31,120 bases of DNA from Alphaproteobacteria bacterium (GTDB lineage: Bacteria; Pseudomonadota; Alphaproteobacteria; GCA-2731375). Shown here in pieces: positions 1-7,924 of this stretch; the first letter of the stretch is position 1; every line of letters begins with the position of its first letter. Where the stretch lies: assembly GCA_965225945.1 (NCBI GenBank), contig CBDDBZ010000017.1, forward strand, positions 1-31,120, given 5' to 3'. The position numbers and the translations under genes are program-made. The notes beneath the pieces are model-generated. The model was not told the origin of the DNA. It searched no databases and saw only the letters and a program-made list of their open reading frames with translations.

Positions 1-45
1 GCCGTGGCGGAGGTCGGGGGAGGAAGCTTCCCAATTGTGGGGCGC

Positions 46-1290
46 TCAGGCCGCCTTGCGCGCGGCGATCAGGGCCAGGGTCCGTGCCATCTCGTTGGTC
101 AGCACCGCCAGCCCTTCGTCGACGCCTTGGCCGGGCTTGTTCATGATGAAGTCGGCCCTGCAGGCGAGGCCGACATGGGCCGAAAGACGGGCCGATTGAT
201 CGGTCTCGTTGGCGGAGCCGCCGAGGTAGACCCCGGCGCCCTTTTCCCGGCAATGGAGCAACGCCAGAATCGAGTTCTGGATGCCGCCGAGATCGGGCAT
301 TTTCACCTGCAGGAAATCGGCCGCGCCGACCGCGGCGAAGGCCTCGATGTCGTCGAGCGTGTTGCACCATTCGTCGGCGACCAGCTTGACCTCGACGCCT
401 TGGCCCAGGCAGGCCAGGCCCAAGTCCTGGAAGGCCTGGATCTGGCCCTCGCGGCTGGCCGCGATCATCGGCGTTTCGAGGTAGAGCGGCATCGGGCCCG
501 AGGCTTCGGCCAGCCGGCCGATGAAGCCCGCCATGGCGTCCCAGTCTTCGCCGAAGAGCTGACCGAGCGTGCCGTAGACATCGAGATGCATCGCCGGGTG
601 GTAGTCCGCCGCGCCCAGGGCCTGGACCCGGCCCGAGACCCAAGCGGCATAGGCGAGCAGTTTGGCGCCATCGGGACCGAGATCGTTCTGTAAATTGGCG
701 AAGGAGCCGTGCGGCAGAATGTCGACCCGCTTCAGGATCATTTTTTCGACCATCACCCGGTGGTCGGTCGGGCACATGGCGAGGATGGGGAGGGGGCCGT
801 CGGCGATGTCGGTGCCCCAGGCGCGGGCGATCACTTCCGCCGCCGTCCGCCCCGCGGAAAGTGCCGAGGCGTGCAGCAGCGCCTGCGAAATGCCGTAACG
901 CAGCGCCGTGTGGAGGGCCTGGCCGCAGGCGCGATAAGCTTCGATCTCGCCCGCCAAGGTGCGAAAATCCGCGGCGTCTCGGCCCACCAAGAGCTCAGCG
1001 ATGGGGCCTTCGACCACCCCGCGATGCGCTTCGGCGCGGAACAGCGGATCGCGCCCGGCGGCCCCGGTGAAGATGACATCCATGCAATCGCCGAAGGCGA
1101 CCTGGCCGTCTTCCAAAACCAGCATCACCGACAGCGCCTCGCCCGGCTGGATTACGTGTTCGAAGCCCGCCGTCACCGGAGGGTCGACATAGGCGAAGCC
1201 GTCCTGGCGGGCACCGCCGCGGACCGCCGCCAAATCCTTGTTGAAATAACCGCTCCGCCCCGCCGAACAGATGAGATTGGTAATTTGCAT
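46..1290 (-). CDS. mal: Methylaspartate ammonia-lyase family protein (enolase superfamily), 414 aa, divergent substrate pocket
   Basis: Start reassigned to ATG 1290 (MQITNLICSAG..., GGGGAG upstream). Motifs LEDGQVAFGDC, GRDPLF, LHTALRYG, HLDVYGT, ADEWCN, QVKMPDLGG and KPGQGVDEG are colinear with MAL. Confidence 0.9.
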   Translation of the reverse strand: MQITNLICSAGRSGYFNKDLAAVRGGARQDGFAYVDPPVTAGFEHVIQPGEALSVMLVLEDGQVAFGDCMDVIFTGAAGRDPLFRAEAHRGVVEGPIAELLVGRDAADFRTLAGEIEAYRACGQALHTALRYGISQALLHASALSAGRTAAEVIARAWGTDIADGPLPILAMCPTDHRVMVEKMILKRVDILPHGSFANLQNDLGPDGAKLLAYAAWVSGRVQALGAADYHPAMHLDVYGTLGQLFGEDWDAMAGFIGRLAEASGPMPLYLETPMIAASREGQIQAFQDLGLACLGQGVEVKLVADEWCNTLDDIEAFAAVGAADFLQVKMPDLGGIQNSILALLHCREKGAGVYLGGSANETDQSARLSAHVGLACRADFIMNKPGQGVDEGLAVLTNEMARTLALIAARKAA

Positions 1291-1358
1291 GGACCCTGCT
1301 CCCCAGTGCCGTCGGGCCCAGGATGCCGCGTTTGGAGGCACTGGGGAAAGCCTTTGCC

Positions 1359-2492
1359 TCATGCGATGACGAAGGGTTCGTCGGTGGACATCTTGTCGGA
1401 GAGCAGTTCGGGGCCGCCCGGGCGGACGACGACCATGTCCTGGATATGCCAATGGCCGATATGCGGCTCCAGCGCCAACACCATGCCGTCTTCCAGCACG
1501 ATGTCGCTGCCGCGCCGCAGGATCGGTTCCTGCTGGTGCCACCAGGCGCCGACGCCATGACCGATCAACAGCGATTCGAACTTCCAGCCGCCGTCGGTGA
1601 AGGCCGCCACCGTCGCGTCGTAGATATCGCCGACCCGTGCGCCGGGACGGCAGCGGTCGATGGCGGTGCGGTAGATATCGCGGATCGCGCGATATTCGTC
1701 CCGTTGCGTCTGGGTCGGCTGGCCAAAGACGAGATTGCGCGATTGGTGTCCCGGATAACCGTCGAGATAGGCGACGTAGTCGGTGCGCATGACATCGCCG
1801 AGGTGAAACACCACGTCGCTTTCACCGGCGTAGGGGATCGTGTTGGAACTGGAATTCAGAATGCCATGCGCCCAGTTGCAGCCACCTTCGAGGCATCCGG
1901 CGATGATTCGGGCGTGGGCCGAGCGTTCGCTGTCACCAACCCGCAATTGGGGAAAGACATCGAGGTATACATCGTCCAGCAGGTCGGCCCCGCGCTTGAT
2001 GCGGGCGATTTCCGCGTCGGTCTTGATCCACCGGACCCGGTCCATGATCGCGGTGCAATCGACCATCGTCAGGCCCGGCGTGGCGTCCTGCACCAAGGCC
2101 CAATCCCGCGCGCTGACATAATCCCGCTCGAAGCCGACGCGCGCGCCGCCGAGCCCTTCCTGGCGCAACACTTCGGCGAGCCGCGCATAGGGCGATTCGA
2201 CATAGCCTTCGTAAAGGACCTGGCGCTCGACCCAGGAATCGCGCGCCGCCAGCCCGGCCGCCGTCGCGTTCACGACGAGCACCGGATCGCCCTCGCGCGG
2301 CCAGAGCACCATCACGGCGCGGTCGGAATCGGTCAGGTCCATCAGCCGGGCCAAGGTGCCCGGATAGGCGAGACCCGTGAGATAAGTGAAATTCCGCCCC
2401 GACCGCGCCACCACCGCAGCCAAATCGTTCTCATCCATCAACCGGTTCAAGCGGTCGATGTTGGCAATGATCTGGGGTCTCTTGCCTACCAT
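1359..2492 (-). CDS. M24 (Xaa-Pro peptidase/creatinase fold) hydrolase, 377 aa
   Basis: Start ATG 2492 (MVGKRPQ..., AGGA upstream). Creatinase-N region NFTYLTG, then RWIKTDAEI, GHGVG and LEDGMVLALEP. Confidence 0.85.
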   Translation of the reverse strand: MVGKRPQIIANIDRLNRLMDENDLAAVVARSGRNFTYLTGLAYPGTLARLMDLTDSDRAVMVLWPREGDPVLVVNATAAGLAARDSWVERQVLYEGYVESPYARLAEVLRQEGLGGARVGFERDYVSARDWALVQDATPGLTMVDCTAIMDRVRWIKTDAEIARIKRGADLLDDVYLDVFPQLRVGDSERSAHARIIAGCLEGGCNWAHGILNSSSNTIPYAGESDVVFHLGDVMRTDYVAYLDGYPGHQSRNLVFGQPTQTQRDEYRAIRDIYRTAIDRCRPGARVGDIYDATVAAFTDGGWKFESLLIGHGVGAWWHQQEPILRRGSDIVLEDGMVLALEPHIGHWHIQDMVVVRPGGPELLSDKMSTDEPFVIA

Positions 2493-2989
2493 GTTCCTGG
2501 CCTTTCCCCTGTAACCTTCAATTCCATGGCGATGATATCCAAATCCCACCGTCGTTCGAGTGGGTTCACTCCCTCGCCAGCCCAATATTGGTATTCCGAG
2601 CGTGCTCGGAAGCCAATTTGAACGCCGGCGGCAATCGCAGTCGGGCAAGCCGCGTTCGAGACCTCGCAACGGCACGGTTGCCAGGTTCCTGCCGCCAGCT
2701 TCACCGCCAGCGCGTCGGGCGGCTCCGGCCGCCAAAAGCGTCGGACACCGAGGTTTCCACTACATTCAAACAACTCGGCCTCGACCGCCGCCGGCTAGCC
2801 GAAGGTGCGGGATACTTCTCCACGCCATGTTCTATGGCGCCGCCTACCACAAGTCGATGGTGGGGATAGGGAGCTGTGGAACGGCGTGCAAAGTTGACCC
2901 CTGTTGAGGGGTGATCGGCGTCCAAATTTGACCCCCTGAGCCTGGCTAGTCCAAGTCACCTCGTTTTTGGGCGGACGAGGTGGTGGGGG

Positions 2990-4501
2990 ATGTTGGTCGT
3001 GGAGACGATAGCGCGGATCCGGCGGGAGTATTTCGTCAAGGGGAAGCCGATCAAGGAGATCGTGCGGGACGTGAAGGTCTCGGGCAACACGGTGCGCAAG
3101 GTGATCCGTTCGCAGGCGACGGCGTTCACCTACGACCGGCGGGTCCAGCCGATGCCGAAGCTGGGGCCGTGGACGGTCGAGCTGGAGCGGATGCTGGAGG
3201 CCAACGAGACCAAGTCGAAGCGGGAGCGGCTGACGCTGCTACGGATCTCCGAAGCCCTCGAGGGTCTGGGCTATGGCGGCGGCTACGACGCGGTGCGGCG
3301 CTACGCCAAGGCGTGGCGGTGGCGCCGTTCGGCATCGACGGCGCAGACCTATGTGCCGTTGGTGTTCTCGCCGGGCGAGGCCTATCAGTTCGACTGGAGC
3401 CACGAGTACGTGGTGCTGGCGGGGGTGACGACCAAGGTCAAGGTCGCGCACGTCCGGCTGTGCCACAGCCGAATGTTCTTCGTCCGCGCTTATCCGCGCG
3501 AGAGCCAGGAGATGGTGTTCGACGCCCACGACCGGGCATTCCGGCTGTTCCAGGGTGCCTGCCGGCGAGGCATCTACGACAACATGAAGACGGCGGTGCA
3601 GACCGTCCTCATCGGCAAGGAGCGCGCGTTCAACCGGCGCTTCGTGCAGATGTGTGGCCACTACCTGGTCGAACCGACAGCATGCACGCCGGGAGCGGGA
3701 TGGGAGAAGGGGCAGGTCGAGAACCAGGTCGGGATCATCCGCGGTCGGTTCTTCACCCCGCGGCTGCGCTTCAAGACCTACGACGAGCTCAACGCCTGGC
3801 TCTTGGACCAGTGCGTCGCCTACGCCCGGCGTCATCCCCACCCGGTGTTCAAGGACAGGACTGTCTGGCAGGTGTTCGAGGACGAGCGTCCGTCCCTGGT
3901 CGGCTATCGCGGGCCGTTCGACGGCTTCCACGCGGTCCCGGCGTCGGTGTCGAAGACCTGCCTGGTGCGCTTCGACAGCAACAAGTACAGCGTGGCGGCG
4001 CGCGCCGTCGGCCGTCCGGTCGAGGTCCATGCCTACGCCGATCGCATCGTCATCCGCCAGGACGGCGAGATCGTCGCCGAGCATGCCCGGCGCTTCGGCC
4101 GCGACCAGACCGTCTATGACCCGTGGCACTACGTGCCCGTGCTGGCGAGGAAGCCCGGTGCGCTTCGTAACGGCGCGCCGTTCAAGGACTGGGCGCTGCC
4201 CGGCGCCCTGGGTCGCGTGCGCGTCCGGCTCGCCGGCCACGACGACGGCGACAGGCAGATGGTCGAGATCCTCACCGCCGTGCTGGCGGATGGGCTGGCG
4301 GCGGTGGAGGCCGCCTGTGCCGAGGCGCTCGCTGGCGGCGTGTGCAGCGCCGACGTCGTGCTCAACATCCTCAATCGTCGGCGCCAGCCGTCCGAGACGG
4401 CGCCGATCCCGACGCCCGCGAACCTGCGTCTTCGCTTTGAGCCGGTGGCCGATTGCACCCGCTACGACCGCTTGAGGGGGGTCGGCCATGGAGCGCCATG
4501 A
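2990..4501 (+). CDS. istA: IS21 family DDE transposase IstA
   Basis: N-terminal HTH; QFDW, IYDNMKT and GWEKGQVE motifs. Confidence 0.95.
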   Translation: MLVVETIARIRREYFVKGKPIKEIVRDVKVSGNTVRKVIRSQATAFTYDRRVQPMPKLGPWTVELERMLEANETKSKRERLTLLRISEALEGLGYGGGYDAVRRYAKAWRWRRSASTAQTYVPLVFSPGEAYQFDWSHEYVVLAGVTTKVKVAHVRLCHSRMFFVRAYPRESQEMVFDAHDRAFRLFQGACRRGIYDNMKTAVQTVLIGKERAFNRRFVQMCGHYLVEPTACTPGAGWEKGQVENQVGIIRGRFFTPRLRFKTYDELNAWLLDQCVAYARRHPHPVFKDRTVWQVFEDERPSLVGYRGPFDGFHAVPASVSKTCLVRFDSNKYSVAARAVGRPVEVHAYADRIVIRQDGEIVAEHARRFGRDQTVYDPWHYVPVLARKPGALRNGAPFKDWALPGALGRVRVRLAGHDDGDRQMVEILTAVLADGLAAVEAACAEALAGGVCSADVVLNILNRRRQPSETAPIPTPANLRLRFEPVADCTRYDRLRGVGHGAP

Positions 4502-5216
4502 GGTCCTGGAGATGATGGCCGCACTCAAGCTCGCCGGCATGCGCGACGCGTTCGACGAGGTGCTCGCCGACGGCCTCAAGCGCCAGCATCCGATGCAGCG
4601 AATCATCGGCGAGCTGTTGAAGGCCGAGATCGCCGACAAGCAGGCGCGATCCATCAAGTACCAGATGAGTGGCGCCAAGCTGCCGCTGGCCAAGGAGCTG
4701 GCCGACTTCGACTTCACCGACACCCCGGTCAACGAGCCGCTGGTCCGCGAGTTGGCGGTCGGCGGCTTCCTGGCCAACCAGCGCAACGCCGTGCTGATCG
4801 GCGGCACCGGCACCGGCAAGAGCCATCTCGCCGTCGCCATCGCGCGGGCCTGCATCCGCGATGGCGCCCGGGGCCGCTTCTTCAACGTCGTCGACCTGGT
4901 CAACCGGCTCGAGGCCGAAGCCCGCGCCGGCCGCCAGGGCCGGCTCGCCGATCAGCTGGCCCGGCGCGACCTCGTCATCCTCGACGAGCTCGGCTACCTG
5001 CCCTTCGCCCAAACCGGAGGCCAGCTGCTGTTCCACCTCGTCAGCCGGCTCTACGAGCGCACCTCGATCATCGTCACCACCAACCTGACCTTCGGCGAAT
5101 GGCCGTCCGTCTTCGGCGACGCCAAGATGACCACCGCGCTCCTCGATCGTCTGACGCACCACTGCGAGATCATCGAGACCGGAAACGACTCCTGGCGCTT
5201 CAAGAATCGGTCCTAA
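4488..5216 (+). CDS. istB: IS21 helper AAA+ ATPase IstB
   Basis: Walker A GGTGTGKS, Walker [18 protein letters not shown]; overlaps istA by 14 nt. Confidence 0.95.
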   Translation: MERHEVLEMMAALKLAGMRDAFDEVLADGLKRQHPMQRIIGELLKAEIADKQARSIKYQMSGAKLPLAKELADFDFTDTPVNEPLVRELAVGGFLANQRNAVLIGGTGTGKSHLAVAIARACIRDGARGRFFNVVDLVNRLEAEARAGRQGRLADQLARRDLVILDELGYLPFAQTGGQLLFHLVSRLYERTSIIVTTNLTFGEWPSVFGDAKMTTALLDRLTHHCEIIETGNDSWRFKNRS

Positions 5217-5474
5217 AGGCAACCGATCCACCTGCCGCCCGGTCGCCCAGGTGGGCCCACAGGAACCTCCCACGCGCGGTCCGCCGCCAGCCGCGTGGTG
5301 GGCGCGTCGGCCCGCGCGCGGGCCCCTCCTATGGACTACCTGTACGACCTCCGCCGTGCATCCCCAAAGGGGTCAACATTGCACGCCGATAGGGGGTCAA
5401 TGTTCAACGCCGATTGACAGGGGAGCAGCGCTGAAGCCAACACCAAACGCGGGAATCGCGGTAAAATCCCCGAC

Positions 5475-5900
5475 ATGGCGATTCGCGAACACCCGACCCC
5501 GGGCACAATCTTGCTCTGCAATTTCGAGAATGGCTTCAAAGTGCCAGAAATGGTGAAGAGGCGGCCATCGGTTGTGGTTAGCCCAAAAATTAGCGGTCGG
5601 CCGAACTTGTGCACGGTGGTCCCGCTCAGCACGACACCACCCAAACCGAAAATGGCCTATCATCTTCTTCTCCACATTGACCCTCCGCTGCCACCGCCTT
5701 GGCACGAAGGGCCGAATTGGGCCAAGGCAGACATGATCATCTCCGTGGCGTTCCACCGCCTCGATTTGATCCGCCTCGGCAAGGCCATGACCGGCAAACG
5801 CAACTATCGATACGAGACACTTTCGTCCGATCAGATGAAACAGCTACGACGATGCATGCTGTACTCCCTCGGTATGGGCCGGTTGACGCAACACCTGTAA
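5475..5900 (+). CDS. PemK/MazF-family endoribonuclease toxin (YifN-like); no antitoxin ORF seen
   Basis: PGTILLCNF..GFKVPEMVKRRPSVVVSP...LCTVVPLSTT carries the K-x-R-P and VVPLST signatures of the PemK fold. Confidence 0.85.
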   Translation: MAIREHPTPGTILLCNFENGFKVPEMVKRRPSVVVSPKISGRPNLCTVVPLSTTPPKPKMAYHLLLHIDPPLPPPWHEGPNWAKADMIISVAFHRLDLIRLGKAMTGKRNYRYETLSSDQMKQLRRCMLYSLGMGRLTQHL

Positions 5901-5910
5901 AATGCATACT
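5883..5910 (+). promoter_or_regulatory. Putative sigma70 promoter overlapping the 3' end of the toxin gene
   Basis: TTGACG (5883-5888), 16 nt spacer, CATACT (5905-5910), in an AT-rich patch of a GC-rich genome; no credible CDS downstream on this strand. Confidence 0.5.
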
Positions 5911-6022
5911 CTGTTGGTGATTGCGGCGCTCTAGCTTGGAGACAGGCAGATCCGCGTCTAAGACCCCAACAGGGGCACGGCCGCCCAGGCGACACCAAGC
6001 CGAGGGCGGCCGCGATCGTTTT
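5911..6022 (+). ncRNA. Candidate structured small RNA downstream of the PemK-like toxin
   Basis: Follows the promoter motif. Stems GCGG/CCGC (5923-5926/5952-5955), CCCC-AACA-GGGG (5964-5975) and a perfect 9-bp CGGCCGCCC/GGGCGGCCG (5978-5986/6004-6012), then TTTT at 6019-6022. Confidence 0.45.
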
Positions 6023-6060
6023 GGGCCCCGTCACGCTGCCTCGCGCACCGCCAGCGCGTC

Positions 6061-6185
6061 GAGGCCATAGCCGAGAAGGACTCGCCATTCGAGCCGAGGA
6101 CGGCGCGGATGCTCATGGAAGTGGGCCGCAACGAGCGACTTCGGAACCAATGGTTCCGATTTGCCGCCGTCGATGGACCCTCTAG
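6061..6185 (+). pseudogene. Frameshifted relic of a DUF3102-like phage protein
   Basis: Reads EAIAEKDSPFEPRTARMLMEVGRNERLRN, then after a frameshift GSDLPPS; resembles the recalled LPF..RTA..LM....N..L......LP.SW pattern. No start codon context. Confidence 0.45.
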
Positions 6186-6219
6186 GTGACGATCGGAATT
6201 CGTGTCTCGATGGCGCGGC

Positions 6220-7245
6220 TCACTCGACCGCCAGTTCCGCCCGTACCAGCGCCGCGCCCGCCACCAGGGCCCGCAACTTCCGCTCCGCCACGTCGCGGGC
6301 GAGCGGCACCATGCCGCAATTGGTGCAAGGATAGAGCTTCTCGGGCCGGACGTACGCCAGCGCCTCGCGGATCGTCGAGGCCACCGCTTCCGGGCTCTCG
6401 ATCTCGCTCGTCGCGACATCGATAGCGCCGGCGAGGACGTCCTTGCCGTCGAGCAGCGCGATCAGTTCGATCGGCACCTTCGAATTCGCGCACTCTAGCG
6501 AAACCTGGTCGATGCTGCTCCGCGCCAGGACGGGGAAAGTCTCGCGATACTGGGTCCATTCCTCGCCGAGCGTCGCCTTCCAATCGAGGTTCGCCTGGAT
6601 CCCATAGCCATAGCAGATGTGGACCGCGGTCTTGCAGGAAAGACCCTCGGCGGCGCGTTCCAGCGCCTCGATGCCCCAGCTCTTGACCTCGTCCAGGTAG
6701 ACGTTGAAGGCGGGTTCGTCGAACTGGATGACGTCGACGCCCAAGGCTTCCAACTGCCTGGCTTCTTGGTTCAGCACGTCGGCGAACGCCATGGCCAGCT
6801 TGGGCCGGTCGCGGTAGTGCTCGTCGGCGAGCGTATCGACGATGGTCATGGGTCCGGGCATGGTGAACTTCAGCTTGCGCCTGGTATGGGCCCGGGTGAA
6901 GCGGACTTCCTCGGCGTGGATCGGTCCGCGACGCCGGATCGGGCCGGTCACGGTCGGCACCTCGGCCTTGTAGCGGTCGGCGCGGATGCCGATGATCGTC
7001 TTCTTGGTGAAATCGACGCCCTCGATATGTTCGAGGATGCCGTGGACGAAATGCCGGCGAAAGACCTCGCCGTTGCTGACGATATCGATGCCAGCGTCTT
7101 CCTGGTCCTTGAGCACGACGAGTGCGGCATCGCATTGCGCCTCCCAGAGCGCCTCGCTCTCGATCCGCCACGGCGCCCAAAGGCTTTCCGGTTCCGCCAG
7201 CCAGGTCGGCTTCGGCAGGCTGCCGGCGACTGTCGTTTGCAACAT
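6220..7245 (-). CDS. mesD: Cobalamin-independent core methionine synthase (catalytic barrel only, MesD-like), 341 aa
   Basis: TTVAGSLPKP, PGPMTIVDT, QFDEPAF; Zn ligands HIC, SLEC and PCTNCGMVPL. ATG 7245 chosen (GTG 7251 is an alternative). Confidence 0.85.
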   Translation of the reverse strand: MLQTTVAGSLPKPTWLAEPESLWAPWRIESEALWEAQCDAALVVLKDQEDAGIDIVSNGEVFRRHFVHGILEHIEGVDFTKKTIIGIRADRYKAEVPTVTGPIRRRGPIHAEEVRFTRAHTRRKLKFTMPGPMTIVDTLADEHYRDRPKLAMAFADVLNQEARQLEALGVDVIQFDEPAFNVYLDEVKSWGIEALERAAEGLSCKTAVHICYGYGIQANLDWKATLGEEWTQYRETFPVLARSSIDQVSLECANSKVPIELIALLDGKDVLAGAIDVATSEIESPEAVASTIREALAYVRPEKLYPCTNCGMVPLARDVAERKLRALVAGAALVRAELAVE

Positions 7246-7266
7246 TTCCACCCCCCGTCCGGCTTT

Positions 7267-7294
7267 ATCTTATCGTCGAGCGATTGTCGCGCAA
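7267..7294 (-). promoter_or_regulatory. Putative sigma70 promoter of the methionine synthase gene
   Basis: Minus strand TTGCGC, 16 nt spacer, TAAGAT, about 20 nt before the start codon. Confidence 0.35.
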
Positions 7295-7346
7295 CCGAGC
7301 CCGACATGCCCTTCCCCGGGGCGCTCGGATCGACCTCCCATCGGCA

Positions 7347-7640
7347 CTATAGGGGTTGGCGTCTTCGAGGCCGCGGCTGTGCCTCCCCGACCCCCTCCGC
7401 CTCGACCATCGCCACCACGTCCACCACTGCCCCCATCGGCGAGGCCGGCGCCATCGCCGCCCCGAGGCCGCCACCAAGACGGGACATCGAGCGCCGGAGC
7501 TGCTCGGCCGTCCCGCCGCGCTGGCCGGTGACGAAGACCTCGCGGACCCGGCCGTCGGTGGCGAAGCCGACCGAGACGGCGCAGACGTGGCCCTCGAAGG
7601 CGAGATTGATCGTCTCATGCCGGCGGCGGTTCGGCAGGCG
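7347..7640 (-). pseudogene. 5'-truncated, internally deleted relic of a small stand-alone protein related to the class II ribonucleotide reductase C-terminal (TSCPD-like) domain
   Basis: Open frame with no start at its 5' end: RLPNRRRHETINLAFEGHVCAVSVGFATDGRVREVFV...PASPMGAVVDVVA. In-frame TAG immediately upstream. Confidence 0.55.
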
Positions 7641-7651
7641 ACCCTAAGGCG

Positions 7652-7923
7652 ATGTTGGGCACGCTTCGCGAGAAGCTGATCAAGATCGGAGCAAAGGTGG
7701 TCCGCCATGGGCGGTACGTCACGTTTCAACCTGCCGAGGTCGCAATCCCGATAAGTCTGTTCGCCAACATCGTGCGCCTGATTGACGGCCTGCGATCGGC
7801 CCCTCTACCGCCATGGCGGCGCTCGATCCCGTGGCATCGAGTTCTTCCGACGGGAAGTGTGGCGCGATCGCCCTTCATGCTACCATCGTCGGCAACCGGG
7901 AGCAGCCATCTGGGGATTTTCGG
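7652..7923 (+). mobile_element. 3' remnant of an IS1380-family element (transposase C-terminus plus right end)
   Basis: TLREKLIKIGAKVVRHGRYVTFQPAEVAIP..LFANIVRLIDGLRSAPLPP matches the IS1380 transposase tail; the end CATCTGGGGATTTTCGG (to 7923) resembles the family terminal repeat. Confidence 0.8.
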
Positions 7924-7924
7924 T

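Larger units (their letters stand above)
2875..5419 (+). mobile_element. Complete IS21-family insertion sequence (2545 bp)
   Basis: TG...CA termini. Two subterminal 20-bp repeats at each end (CGGCGTnnAAnnTTGACCCC-like at 2882-2901 and 2916-2935; inverted at 5369-5388 and 5393-5412). Carries istA and istB. GGGAGC flanks both sides (2869-2874, 5421-5426). Confidence 0.95.

Noticed and set aside
46-2735. Long N-terminal extensions in the ORF track (1542 start for the lyase, 2735 start for the hydrolase)
   Set aside because: The extensions are low-complexity, the lyase one overlaps the neighbouring gene, and family homology with SD sites begins at 1290 and 2492.
2486-2907. Small ORFs left of the IS as a candidate antitoxin
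   Set aside because: No AbrB/RHH/HTH-like pattern, no acidic tail, weak starts and atypical composition.
5414-5467. Hybrid promoter from the IS-end TTGACA and TAAAAT
   Set aside because: Spacing is 42 nt, far from the required 16-18.
2827-5474. Removing the IS puts ATG 2827 in frame with the toxin (32-aa extension)
   Set aside because: Roughly a one-in-three coincidence; the PemK-like fold begins at MAIREHP and a -10 box sits right before ATG 5475.
6151-6169. Inverted repeat TCGGAACCA-A-TGGTTCCGA
   Set aside because: One-base loop inside a pseudogene relic; it may act as a terminator for the methionine synthase, but the support is too weak to call.
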